Virus record (IMG/VR): IMGVR_UViG_2630968748_000003
Source: a virus
Length of the DNA stretch: 64,000 nt
Direction: 5' to 3' (one strand)
The translations under genes were made by a program, and so were the position numbers. Under the pieces are notes generated by a model. That model had not been told where the DNA came from. It did not search any database and saw only the letters and a list, made by a program, of their open reading frames with translations. This document shows, piece after piece, positions 18,053-26,601 of this stretch. The first letter of the stretch is position 1. The number at the start of each line of letters is the position of its first letter.

Positions 18053-18453
18053 TAGTCTTCTACCCTTTCTAACATTGGTTCGTATGCTGGGTTAATTGAT
18101 AACCATTCCTCTTTGGTATTTTTAACCGGACGATAAAAACATAATGGAGCCCAAATTAATTTGTTGTTGATATCGTCATGGTAAATAACGCTGTTCGTAT
18201 TAGTGTCATGAACAATATACAGTTTATTAGGAAAAACAGCAGTTCCCATTACCACGTTATTAATGTCGGCCATAAAATCAAACTCTTTTGTGTGCTCCAT
18301 TGTCATGTACTTTGCTTGTAAACTCCCGATACCGTGAGTTTCTGGCATGAGCAACTTACCTATTGCATGTATAGGGCTATCGTAAGCTTTTCCAAGTTCT
18401 TTTAGTTCCTTTAGTTCGCCTTCCGTGTAATTTAATTTTAATTTATATTTCAT
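18052..18453 (-). CDS. Hypothetical phage protein
   Basis: Start moved to MKYKLK after a GGAGG RBS. Confidence 0.7.
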   Translation of the reverse strand: MKYKLKLNYTEGELKELKELGKAYDSPIHAIGKLLMPETHGIGSLQAKYMTMEHTKEFDFMADINNVVMGTAVFPNKLYIVHDTNTNSVIYHDDINNKLIWAPLCFYRPVKNTKEEWLSINPAYEPMLERVED

Positions 18454-18619
18454 CGTCTTCCTCCACTTCATCGTCTTCCACCTCTTCCATAAATGGCACA
18501 AATTTTGGATCAATAGCTGTAACTCTAATTCTCATTCGAGCTATTTCATCATCAATAGTTTGGTAATCCTCTAACTGTTGCTCTAAATATTTTAATGTTG
18601 TTTTCCTTAGCTTTTCCAT
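18443..18619 (-). CDS. 58-aa protein resembling the N-terminus of RinA/ArpU activators, with an acidic tail
   Basis: Not in the ORF track; MEKLRKTTLKYLEQQLEDYQTIDDEIARMRIRVTAIDPKFVPFMEEVEDDEVEEDDEI. Confidence 0.65.
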   Translation of the reverse strand: MEKLRKTTLKYLEQQLEDYQTIDDEIARMRIRVTAIDPKFVPFMEEVEDDEVEEDDEI

Positions 18620-18626
18620 ATGTTAC

Positions 18627-19058
18627 CTATCCAACCTTTTTCCCTTCAAACATATCAAGGCAGAAGTAAGTGTCTTTGAGTAGATTTCTAACTTGTTTTA
18701 AAGTTAAAAATTTATTCTCTTTCGGAATAGAAACATCATTGCAATTTGTTCCAAGAACGGGAACACCATCAATACCGTCCTTAAATAAATATATATCTTT
18801 CCCTGTTTCTTGAGTGAGAGTTGGTTTTAATTTCCAGAGGTACCGTGGATTAAAAAAAACACCGTCACCTCTCCAGTAATCAACCATATCAAAAATTATC
18901 TGTTCTGGTGTCTGTGATTGCATATATTTATCTTTCAAATACGTTTGGTTTTCTCGATCATATAAAACATCTAAAACATCATCAAAATCATTTTTTTGAT
19001 TTTTTTGCCATTCAAGTTCTTCAATCTCTTCTTCGGTCCACCCTGTAATAGTTCTCAT
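18627..19058 (-). CDS. Hypothetical phage protein
   Basis: 143-aa ORF packed tightly in the operon. Confidence 0.75.
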   Translation of the reverse strand: MRTITGWTEEEIEELEWQKNQKNDFDDVLDVLYDRENQTYLKDKYMQSQTPEQIIFDMVDYWRGDGVFFNPRYLWKLKPTLTQETGKDIYLFKDGIDGVPVLGTNCNDVSIPKENKFLTLKQVRNLLKDTYFCLDMFEGKKVG

Positions 19059-19291
19059 CAGTCAACCGCCTCCAATCTATCTAGTGCTAGGATATGTAAC
19101 CAAAATTCTGGACGTATACAGTCCTCGGATAATTCAATCGGTCTACCAACTAATGCATAACCCGTTGTATATGGCAGTAAGTAGCCGTAAATATATCCGT
19201 CATGAAAATACGGGTCTGATTTGTCTAGCCAATACAAGTCATCTATATCTTCATCAGTTAGTTTTAATCTGTATTCTTGCGGTTTAATCAT
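19058..19291 (-). CDS. Hypothetical phage protein
   Basis: GGAGGTG RBS before MIKPQ; ATGA overlap with the upstream gene. Confidence 0.7.
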   Translation of the reverse strand: MIKPQEYRLKLTDEDIDDLYWLDKSDPYFHDGYIYGYLLPYTTGYALVGRPIELSEDCIRPEFWLHILALDRLEAVD

Positions 19292-19623
19292 TCTTCCACC
19301 TCCAACTTTCTGCCACACATAGGACAATAATTAATAGGAGTTGTAAAGCGTTCCCAATTCATGCACTCATTTTCAACCCGATCAGTGATTATATTTTCAT
19401 CTATAACCACTGAAGTGTAATTAATGTCAGATGAATCATCAGAAACAATACCAAAAGGCTTTGAGTTCATTGGGTCACAATATTCACATGCTACTGGATT
19501 TAGTTCCACGATAGCCTCATCACAAGCCTGCACGCCTCTTTTATATTCGCCACTAGTTTTCAAAAGATTCTTTGATATGACTTCACGGGCAATTTGAATT
19601 GATTTAATTGCACTATTTTCCAT
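19288..19623 (-). CDS. Hypothetical protein with two CxxC motifs
   Basis: CEYC and NYCPMCGRKL. Confidence 0.75.
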   Translation of the reverse strand: MENSAIKSIQIAREVISKNLLKTSGEYKRGVQACDEAIVELNPVACEYCDPMNSKPFGIVSDDSSDINYTSVVIDENIITDRVENECMNWERFTTPINYCPMCGRKLEVEE

Positions 19624-19993
19624 GTATTCGTTCCCTTCTTAATTGTTCAATTTTTTCTTGTTTCAATCTCCTTTTTTTATCGACGTATTTTTGATAGGTC
19701 TTTGCCCGCCGTACACGTTTCCAAGCAATATCATTGATCAATTTAAATCGCATAGCCTTATCAAATTCAGTTTTGTTGATTTCATACAAATCAATGATTG
19801 TACGTTTTGGCGTGCCACTGTCTAATTCTTTTTGTATGTAATCCCATCTGAAATTTTTTGCTCGTTCACTCATTTCATTTCCAATGCGATCTTCCGCCCT
19901 AATCTTCATCAATGTTGGGTGGTTTTCTGGCACGTTTCGCATGTTTCCAAATTCTTCTTCTAATTCTATTACCCATTCAACAATTTTGTTCAT
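19613..19993 (-). CDS. Hypothetical phage protein
   Basis: 126-aa ORF in the operon. Confidence 0.7.
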   Translation of the reverse strand: MNKIVEWVIELEEEFGNMRNVPENHPTLMKIRAEDRIGNEMSERAKNFRWDYIQKELDSGTPKRTIIDLYEINKTEFDKAMRFKLINDIAWKRVRRAKTYQKYVDKKRRLKQEKIEQLRRERIHGK

Positions 19994-20000
19994 GAATTAA

Positions 20001-20192
20001 CTAGAACGGCAAAATAATATCAATTATTAATTCGTTCTTTTCCCTTTCTGTGAGATGTCGTCTTGCTAATGCGAATTCATTCGGTAATTGCATCTCATGC
20101 TTTATTACATATGCAATTGTTTTTTCTATGCTGTGTTGTTGATCTTCAAAAATCCTAGACATATGTTCTTTGTAAATACTTTTAAAGTTCAA
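20001..20192 (-). CDS. Hypothetical phage protein
   Basis: GAAAGGAG RBS before a TTG start at 20192; the track's longer start overlaps another gene. Confidence 0.6.
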   Translation of the reverse strand: MNFKSIYKEHMSRIFEDQQHSIEKTIAYVIKHEMQLPNEFALARRHLTEREKNELIIDIILPF

Positions 20193-20346
20193 GTTGGTTT
20201 CTCCTTTCAAAGGCTTGTTCATCTCTTTTGATACGTTCCATTTGCTTGCATAATTCTTCATCGCTGATCCGTAGTGCATCAGCAATTTCAATATTCGTGT
20301 ATCCATTTGCTTTCATTTGGTAAATTGCCAAGGGGATATTTTTCAT
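20182..20346 (-). CDS. 54-aa HTH-like protein
   Basis: Not in the ORF track; MKNIPLAIYQMKANGYTNIEIADALRISDEELCKQMERIKRDEQAFERRNQLEL; AAAGGA RBS. Confidence 0.65.
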   Translation of the reverse strand: MKNIPLAIYQMKANGYTNIEIADALRISDEELCKQMERIKRDEQAFERRNQLEL

Positions 20347-20514
20347 ATGGTTGATTTTCCTTTGTGTGGCGGTGTCAATGGTTGCATTACATTCTCAATT
20401 TCAACAATTGGAATACCTGTATCTGTTTTTAAGATGTTGTCTGTTTCATCAAAAAATATTTGTCCATCAACAACCGTTATTTTTCTAGGTAACTCATTTT
20501 TTATCTTTCTTCAT
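20343..20514 (-). pseudogene. Small gene interrupted by one extra A in an A6 run (both copies)
   Basis: MKKDKK-stop; the shifted frame continues NELPRKITVVDG.. and ends in an ATGA overlap with the next gene. Confidence 0.45.
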
Positions 20515-20523
20515 GTCATTCAC

Positions 20524-21045
20524 CTAAAACGGTAAATCATCGTCTGTGATATCAGCTTGTTGTGTGGACTCGTTTTCATATGTTCCGTTTTTATTCATGC
20601 CGTTAACTTCTTCATATGTCTTTTGTTTTGACTCGCTTCCTTGCGTTGTCCACTCGGTTGGTTTTGCTGATGGCTGTGCATTGCTTGGTTGTCGTTGCTC
20701 TTTATTTGCTGGTTGGTTATTGCTTGATTTTGGTTCAAGTAATGAAAAGTTCTCTGCTAACACCTCAGTAATAAATACTCTATTTCCTTGATCGTTCTCA
20801 TAGTTCCTGGTTTGAATACGACCATCAATCCCCACTAATGAACCCTTGTGGGTAAAATTAGCAAAATTTTCCGCTGCTTTTCTCCACATAACACAATTAA
20901 TAAAGTCCGCCTCACGTTCTCCGTCTGCGTTTGTATATGTTCTATTAACGGCGACGGTAAAACTTGCTACGGCGTGCCCATTTGCTGTGTAACGCAAATC
21001 TGGATCTTTCGTTAATCTTCCTGTAATCACTGCTCTATTAATCAT
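20524..21045 (-). CDS. ssb: Single-stranded DNA-binding protein
   Basis: [22 protein letters not shown] fold and DDDLPF tail. Confidence 0.97.
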   Translation of the reverse strand: MINRAVITGRLTKDPDLRYTANGHAVASFTVAVNRTYTNADGEREADFINCVMWRKAAENFANFTHKGSLVGIDGRIQTRNYENDQGNRVFITEVLAENFSLLEPKSSNNQPANKEQRQPSNAQPSAKPTEWTTQGSESKQKTYEEVNGMNKNGTYENESTQQADITDDDLPF

Positions 21046-21195
21046 CTGAATCACGTCCTTTTTGTATTTGGTTCGCTGTTTTTACAATCAAAGCTAATTC
21101 ATCAAGTGTTATCGGTTTCCCAGTGTGTAGAAAAAAGCACTGTCGTAAACTTCTTCAATAAAACGTTGGCTTTCATCAACTGTTAATTTTTTCAA
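21038..21195 (-). pseudogene. Small gene needing a -1 shift at T TTT TTC (both copies)
   Basis: GAGGT RBS, TTG start; zero frame stops after 28 codons, -1 frame gives a 52-aa product. Confidence 0.45.
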
Positions 21196-21589
21196 TTGTT
21201 ACCTCCACCCTTGGTTGTTCGTCATAATCCTTTGTTGCGTTGATCTCGACAATTTGACCATCATCAAACCATGCGCATTTGAGACCATCAAAAACCGATT
21301 TAATATAATTATCCAAGTCTGATTTAATTGCTGGCTTGACTTCGTGGCTTGCTCGCCGTTCGTGTTCTTTATTTGATATTGACTTTTGAATGCTTCTATA
21401 AAAATGCAATTCCACTTTTAAGGGTTCACCCCGTTCAAAAAGTTGCTCATTATTAAATTCTTTTCGATATTGTTCTTCGATGTTTTTTTTATATTCTGCA
21501 TATTTTGGTGGGGTGTATGTTCCCCGTCTCGTGATTCTCGGCCTTTGTGCTGCGACTGGTTCACCCTCAATCGTCATTTTTAAAAACAT
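21176..21589 (-). CDS. rusA: RusA-family Holliday junction resolvase
   Basis: RPR..KSDLDNYIKSVFDGL..DDGQIV motif. Confidence 0.92.
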   Translation of the reverse strand: MFLKMTIEGEPVAAQRPRITRRGTYTPPKYAEYKKNIEEQYRKEFNNEQLFERGEPLKVELHFYRSIQKSISNKEHERRASHEVKPAIKSDLDNYIKSVFDGLKCAWFDDGQIVEINATKDYDEQPRVEVTIEKINS

Positions 21590-21887
21590 TCTCTTTAATC
21601 TCCTTCAAAAGCCAATTCATATTGAGCAGTTCTCCATCAATTTGTTTATGCACCGTTTCAAGCTCTGAAATAGCCATAATTAAATGTTCCTCAATATCCG
21701 TATTACCTCGATAATCAGAAACATCGTTTAAAAGTTGGTGATACCGTCCATATATGACTTTTAAATATTTGATTTGACTTAGGATAGGATCGTGAATAAT
21801 CAAAAGTTGATTATTTGCATAAGCAAGACTGTCTCTTTCCACGTTTTGAATTATTGGTAGCTCTGATATAAATTTTTCTGTTTCCAT
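21567..21887 (-). CDS. Hypothetical phage protein
   Basis: 106-aa ORF with GGAGG RBS. Confidence 0.7.
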   Translation of the reverse strand: METEKFISELPIIQNVERDSLAYANNQLLIIHDPILSQIKYLKVIYGRYHQLLNDVSDYRGNTDIEEHLIMAISELETVHKQIDGELLNMNWLLKEIKENVFKNDD

Positions 21888-21889
21888 TT

Positions 21890-22657
21890 CTAAACCTCCC
21901 TCATGTCTTTACCATCAAACACAATTACGTTCTCAGGCTTTTTGGTAAGCAATCGACTTATAATCTTTCCGTTGTACATTCGTTGTAATTCACTACCTGT
22001 GTTGTTTGTTGTAATGATGTTTGCTTTGTTTTTTCGATAATCAGCAATTCGGAATAATACTTCTTGTGTAAATCTCGTTGCGGGTTGTATCTCTTTACCC
22101 GATGCAAAACTTGTTTCGCTTCCTAAATCATCAAGTACTAATACATCGCATTTTTCAATACATTTTTCGATTCGATAAACGTCATGTTTTTCAATATTGT
22201 ATTTATCTGTAACGGCTTGACGTTCTAAATTGATCAACATTTCAACACTTACAAACAAACATGAAATGTCAGTTTCCAAGGACTTTAATCCGTTCAAAAT
22301 GCTAACTGCCAACATGGTTTTGCCTCTTCCGGCTTTACCAGTGAATAGGTAGTTCGATGTATTGCCTTTATATATTTCATTTGCGATATTTCGAGCCTGT
22401 AAGAGTTCTTGTTCTTGCTCCGGTGTATCTGCATCAAAGTCATCAAAAACGCTTTTCAGATCATCAATATCACTAACAAGCGAACTGTTAAACATTCGAT
22501 ATTTCTCTTGTGCTTTATATCTTTTGGTTATGTTAATCTCGTCTTGTTTTCGTCTTTCGTCCATATCGATATTCTTCACGTTATCCCAATCAATGTTGAT
22601 ATCTTTTTTCTTGAGGTCTGCCAACAGTTCACTCATGATTGTTCCTAAGTTTTCCAT
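21890..22657 (-). CDS. DnaC/IstB-like ATPase (helicase loader)
   Basis: GKAGRGKT Walker A, LVLDDLG Walker B, IITTN. Confidence 0.92.
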   Translation of the reverse strand: MENLGTIMSELLADLKKKDINIDWDNVKNIDMDERRKQDEINITKRYKAQEKYRMFNSSLVSDIDDLKSVFDDFDADTPEQEQELLQARNIANEIYKGNTSNYLFTGKAGRGKTMLAVSILNGLKSLETDISCLFVSVEMLINLERQAVTDKYNIEKHDVYRIEKCIEKCDVLVLDDLGSETSFASGKEIQPATRFTQEVLFRIADYRKNKANIITTNNTGSELQRMYNGKIISRLLTKKPENVIVFDGKDMREV

Positions 22658-22666
22658 TTCGCCCTC

Positions 22667-23515
22667 CTAGTATGGTAATTTGTCCGATTCATCAACAGAG
22701 TATGGTTCATTCTTTGTTTTCGGTTTTTGTTCTGCCTTTACATTGCTTAATGTGAACAAGCTATGATCAAGCCAGTTTTTTAAAATCCCATCTGCATAAT
22801 TCCAAGATAGTTTATTGCTAAGGGCTGCCTTTTCAATTGCGAGTTGAACAATCTCATTGGCTTCAATTTCATTAGTTCCTTGATTAACGAAGTCATTGAT
22901 TCGATATTCTATGTTTTGCTGCACTAATGGATTTAGTACCCCAATGTTTTGTTGATACACTGTAAGAGTTTTTTGAAAAGCAACAGCAGGTGGCCCTATT
23001 TCTTTACTCTGCTTTTGTTTACTTTTCTTTTCTTTCCTTTCCTTTACTTTACTTTGTGTACTAATGTCAACATTTACCCCACTTGAACTGGGGTTATTGT
23101 CAACATTAACTACGCTTGAAACTAGGTTATTGTCATCATTAACTAAATAACGTAATTTTGGTTGTTCTTTTCGTCTTTTTGTAGCTTCTAAAAACGTTGC
23201 TTGAACTCTCTTGCTTGTGAGAATTTGATACTCCTCAAATGCTTCTTCGCTGAATGTGTCGTACGAAATTAGTCTATTGATTAGTTGATCCATTTTTTCA
23301 ATAGTCATTCCGTCAATTCGATTTACCAATTGCATTTGACTCAACCTATCCCACTTCAGAAAATAACCATTCCGATAGATAGCCGATAAGAGGTAAAGAA
23401 AAGCAACAACACCCTCACTTCCAAACTCCCCCATGATTGCTTCGACTTTTTCATTTGTTGGAAAATCAACGTCGAGTGGAAAGTAATCCATGCCATTTTT
23501 AATAGGTCTTGCCAT
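22667..23515 (-). CDS. Replication initiator (DUF4373-like N-terminus, DnaD-like C-terminus)
   Basis: GMDYFPLDV and SWNYADGILKNW motifs. Confidence 0.88.
   Translation of the reverse strand: MARPIKNGMDYFPLDVDFPTNEKVEAIMGEFGSEGVVAFLYLLSAIYRNGYFLKWDRLSQMQLVNRIDGMTIEKMDQLINRLISYDTFSEEAFEEYQILTSKRVQATFLEATKRRKEQPKLRYLVNDDNNLVSSVVNVDNNPSSSGVNVDISTQSKVKERKEKKSKQKQSKEIGPPAVAFQKTLTVYQQNIGVLNPLVQQNIEYRINDFVNQGTNEIEANEIVQLAIEKAALSNKLSWNYADGILKNWLDHSLFTLSNVKAEQKPKTKNEPYSVDESDKLPY
23010..23145. repeat. Putative phage origin: 33-bp iterons and an adjacent pyrimidine tract inside the initiator gene
   Basis: TGTCA(A/T)CATT at 23065, 23098 and 23131. Confidence 0.7.
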
Positions 23516-23524
23516 CTCGTCCTC

Positions 23525-24337
23525 CTAATTAATAAGGTTTTCCATGCTTGTAATTTCCCCTAGTGTTGCAGTTTTTCGACAATAAGCACATTTACCACAA
23601 CGTATTGGTACTTCAAATCCGCTCTTTACTTTTTCAAATCTTGGCTGAAGTGTTTCAATCTCTTCTTGGGCCTCTGCTAGTCGCTTCTTAGGAATCGAGA
23701 TAACAGCCTTTGCGGGTATTTCTTGTTTACTTACTGCAATAATATAAGGTGTACACATGACTCCATATTGTTGATAAATTAATTGCTGGTATACATACAT
23801 TTGCAACGGATAATTATATTCGTCCATAAATGATTGCCACATACGTTTTTCTTCGTTCCAATATTTACGGTCTATTTCCCTAGTTGTTTTTAAATCAAGA
23901 AATATTTTGCGGTCTAGGTTCAAACAATCAATTTTGCCTTTCCAATTAACGCCTTCAATTTGGCCTTTAACGATTGCCTCTTTTTTGCCCTGATAAAGAT
24001 TGTTAAACATTGGATCATCAGTAAGCGTTGCAATCATTGAGTCAGCAACCTGATAATCTTTTAACAGTGTGCCCCGCTTTGTGAACATGTCACCTTCGTG
24101 TTGTTTAATGAAATTCTCGTGAGCCGTATGGCTTTCAAAGTAAGAATGCAAGTAATTGCCAACCAATAGAGCTTTTTGGTTTATATCTGGTTTGTATATA
24201 TCATTTAGTTGTGCCACAGTTGCAGCTTCACATTTTTCGAAGTTCTTGAAAAATGTTGCCGATTGATAATACCTATCTGATTCAATTGAATAATATGTTT
24301 CTTTATTCAGAGTCTTTTGAATTGGTTGTTGAGTCAT
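23525..24337 (-). CDS. PD-(D/E)XK exonuclease (DUF3799/RecE-like)
   Basis: WKGKIDCL..FLDLKTT motif; adjacent to recT. Confidence 0.88.
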   Translation of the reverse strand: MTQQPIQKTLNKETYYSIESDRYYQSATFFKNFEKCEAATVAQLNDIYKPDINQKALLVGNYLHSYFESHTAHENFIKQHEGDMFTKRGTLLKDYQVADSMIATLTDDPMFNNLYQGKKEAIVKGQIEGVNWKGKIDCLNLDRKIFLDLKTTREIDRKYWNEEKRMWQSFMDEYNYPLQMYVYQQLIYQQYGVMCTPYIIAVSKQEIPAKAVISIPKKRLAEAQEEIETLQPRFEKVKSGFEVPIRCGKCAYCRKTATLGEITSMENLIN

Positions 24338-25115
24338 TGACGTTTGCCTCCGTTGCATTTCCATTGATCAGCTGACTAACATCAGTTGCGGGCTCTTGTT
24401 CTTGTGCTTCAATATCTTTGATGTCGTTTGTGCTGATTGTTGTTGCCTGCTCGTCGCTCTCGTAAGCTTTTTGCATTTCCACACTCATCGGTCCCCATTT
24501 ACTGATTAAGTTTCTTAGAACCGTTTTGAGTGCCATTGCGTCAAAGTTAGTTGCCCAAACACCACTCGGTTTTGACTTTCCACTCATTTTTGAAAAATTT
24601 TGTCTGTGGTCATCAATTTGTTTACGTGTCCAGTACACAGTTTTTTCGAAGCCACTAGTTAACTCAAAGTAACCAACGTATCCAACGGGTTTTTCAGAGG
24701 AATCACGATCCTTAAAATGAGGTTCATAATCCAATTGCTCGGTTAACGGGTTGTAACTTTGAAACTCGTCTTCATACACTGCGACGGCGTTCAGATGTTT
24801 GTACTGCCCGGTTCTCTGTGCCAATTGGATATATCCTTTGTAACCCATCTGAGGTTGTGCCTTACCGCCATATGGAACTAACCACATGTATCCCAAGTCT
24901 TGATTAATTGGCAAGTCTAAACTGGCTGCCACCATAGCCGAGGCAACAACGCTCATTTGATCAACATTCTTCAAAGATTGATTACTATTCACAACATTAA
25001 TAAGTGATGTAACAAATTGAGCTGATTTGTTACCTAACACAGATTCAAATTTTTCAACGATCTTTGGTTCTTTTACTAATGTCTGGATTGGTAATTTTGC
25101 TAAATTGTTTACCAT
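24303..25115 (-). CDS. recT: RecT-family single-strand annealing protein
   Basis: LGYMWLVPY..QMGYKGYIQLAQRTGQY and AMALKTV motifs. Confidence 0.95.
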   Translation of the reverse strand: MVNNLAKLPIQTLVKEPKIVEKFESVLGNKSAQFVTSLINVVNSNQSLKNVDQMSVVASAMVAASLDLPINQDLGYMWLVPYGGKAQPQMGYKGYIQLAQRTGQYKHLNAVAVYEDEFQSYNPLTEQLDYEPHFKDRDSSEKPVGYVGYFELTSGFEKTVYWTRKQIDDHRQNFSKMSGKSKPSGVWATNFDAMALKTVLRNLISKWGPMSVEMQKAYESDEQATTISTNDIKDIEAQEQEPATDVSQLINGNATEANVNDSTTNSKDSE

Positions 25116-25119
25116 TTTT

Positions 25120-25758
25120 TTATCCCCTTTTTCTTATTGTGTTAAAATGAACATATGATTTTTTTGAAGTATTCCTGTCCTTTGCCATTGCAGTGGCAAG
25201 GGACTTTTTTTGTTCCCAATACAAGTTGTAAATATCTTTTGTTGGTACTCTCTCAAAGCCCCAACGACCGACGTTTACAACTCTCGGGTATCTTGTTGAA
25301 CAACACTTTGTAATTGCTGTGTATGCCAAGCCCGTTTTGATTGAGGCTTGTCGGCAACTCTCGAAAATTCCTTGTATAATTCCGTTCTCGTCGAACCAAA
25401 CTATTGAGGTATCTTTTACCGAGTAACCAAACTCGTATGCTTTTCGTCTGCGTTGATTTTCACTTATCGTGATCCATTCCAAATTGTCTGCTCTGTTGTC
25501 TTTGGTGTTTCCGTTTAAGTGATCCACAACAAGCACTTTGTCTGTTTCCGGCTTGATGCAAAACAACTCGGCAACTAACCTGTGAACGTCAAAGGTTCTG
25601 ATTTTTCCGTTGTCATCTCGAAAGGACGTTTTCAAGTAAGCAGTCCGTCGTCCGGGTTTTGACAACTTCCGAATTTGTCCGGTTACTGTACTTTTGACTC
25701 TTCCAAGGTTTGAAACCTCATATCGTTCAAAATTAGGCACTTTTTTCCATTGCTCCAT
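25120..25758 (-). CDS. NUMOD4-HNH homing endonuclease
   Basis: EQWKKV..YEVSNLGRVKS; VHRLVA..VDHLNG..DNRADNLEW; C-terminal NUMOD1-like segment. Confidence 0.92.
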   Translation of the reverse strand: MEQWKKVPNFERYEVSNLGRVKSTVTGQIRKLSKPGRRTAYLKTSFRDDNGKIRTFDVHRLVAELFCIKPETDKVLVVDHLNGNTKDNRADNLEWITISENQRRRKAYEFGYSVKDTSIVWFDENGIIQGIFESCRQASIKTGLAYTAITKCCSTRYPRVVNVGRWGFERVPTKDIYNLYWEQKKSLATAMAKDRNTSKKSYVHFNTIRKRG

Positions 25759-25760
25759 AT

Positions 25761-25883
25761 CTACCACCCGTTCTCTTCGTCGCAAGGTTCTGCACCGGGG
25801 TAATATGGTTCGCTTTCTTCCTCTGTTTGAGTTAGTGATCCGTAGGCTGTTTCATCTTGTAGCCATTCATCAAACCTGTTCAT
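25761..25883 (-). CDS. Small acidic hypothetical protein
   Basis: GAGGGG RBS before MNRFDEW. Confidence 0.6.
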   Translation of the reverse strand: MNRFDEWLQDETAYGSLTQTEEESEPYYPGAEPCDEENGW

Positions 25884-26097
25884 GTGTTTGCCCCTCTTTC
25901 TTGTAAATGTTTTCTCTGAAATTCTTATCTCCTGCTTTGTTTTCTGGTTCGTCGTGATCCATTCCGTAAAAATCTGTAATATTTTCAATAATTCCTTTGA
26001 ACGACTTGTACTTTGTAAATAAATAAGTGATTAAACTTGATACTCCTGCGATCACAATTGCATTACTGATTAGCTGTTCGAGTGTGACTTTTATCAT
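25870..26097 (-). CDS. Small protein with an N-terminal TM segment
   Basis: AGGAGG RBS before MIKVTL. Confidence 0.65.
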   Translation of the reverse strand: MIKVTLEQLISNAIVIAGVSSLITYLFTKYKSFKGIIENITDFYGMDHDEPENKAGDKNFRENIYKKEGQTHEQV

Positions 26098-26135
26098 GTT
26101 TCCTCCTGTTGTTGTCGTTCCTGTTCCCACATTTT

Positions 26136-26402
26136 TTAATGATTGAGCATAAATTCGTCTAGCTCTTTTTTGTAATACCTAACAACACCTTTTACCGTGT
26201 GACTTGGTAAACCCTCCAAGATAAAACCGTCAAATGTGTTGTTTGAAACGTTCATATATTTAACTGCTTCGTATTTCTTCATATATGTTTTTGCAATCAG
26301 TCCGTTATCTCTTTTAAAATCGGCAACTGCCTTTCCAACAACTCCATATACTGATTTCATCAATTCGTGCTCTTGCTGTTCGGTCAAAGTTATTTCCATC
26401 AT
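26136..26402 (-). CDS. Excisionase-like winged-helix protein
   Basis: YMKKYEAVKYMNVSNNTF..VRYYKKELDEF pattern. Confidence 0.75.
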   Translation of the reverse strand: MMEITLTEQQEHELMKSVYGVVGKAVADFKRDNGLIAKTYMKKYEAVKYMNVSNNTFDGFILEGLPSHTVKGVVRYYKKELDEFMLNH

Positions 26403-26596
26403 TCGGCCTCCTGTTGCAAGTAGTAAGTTTCCATTACCGAGATTCCAGATTTTATTTCATTGATAAGTTCCAAGCTTGTACAATCTCGCTTGCGATCCGT
26501 GTTGTATACCGGTCTTCCTGTAAACAATGCGTCCACATACTCACCTACAATCTCCTGTGCTGTCGAAAAATTCTCGTACGTCACTTTCATAATCAT
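26399..26596 (-). CDS. Hypothetical phage protein
   Basis: 65-aa ORF with GGAGG RBS. Confidence 0.65.
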   Translation of the reverse strand: MIMKVTYENFSTAQEIVGEYVDALFTGRPVYNTDRKRDCTSLELINEIKSGISVMETYYLQQEAE

Positions 26597-26601
26597 TCCT
26601 C

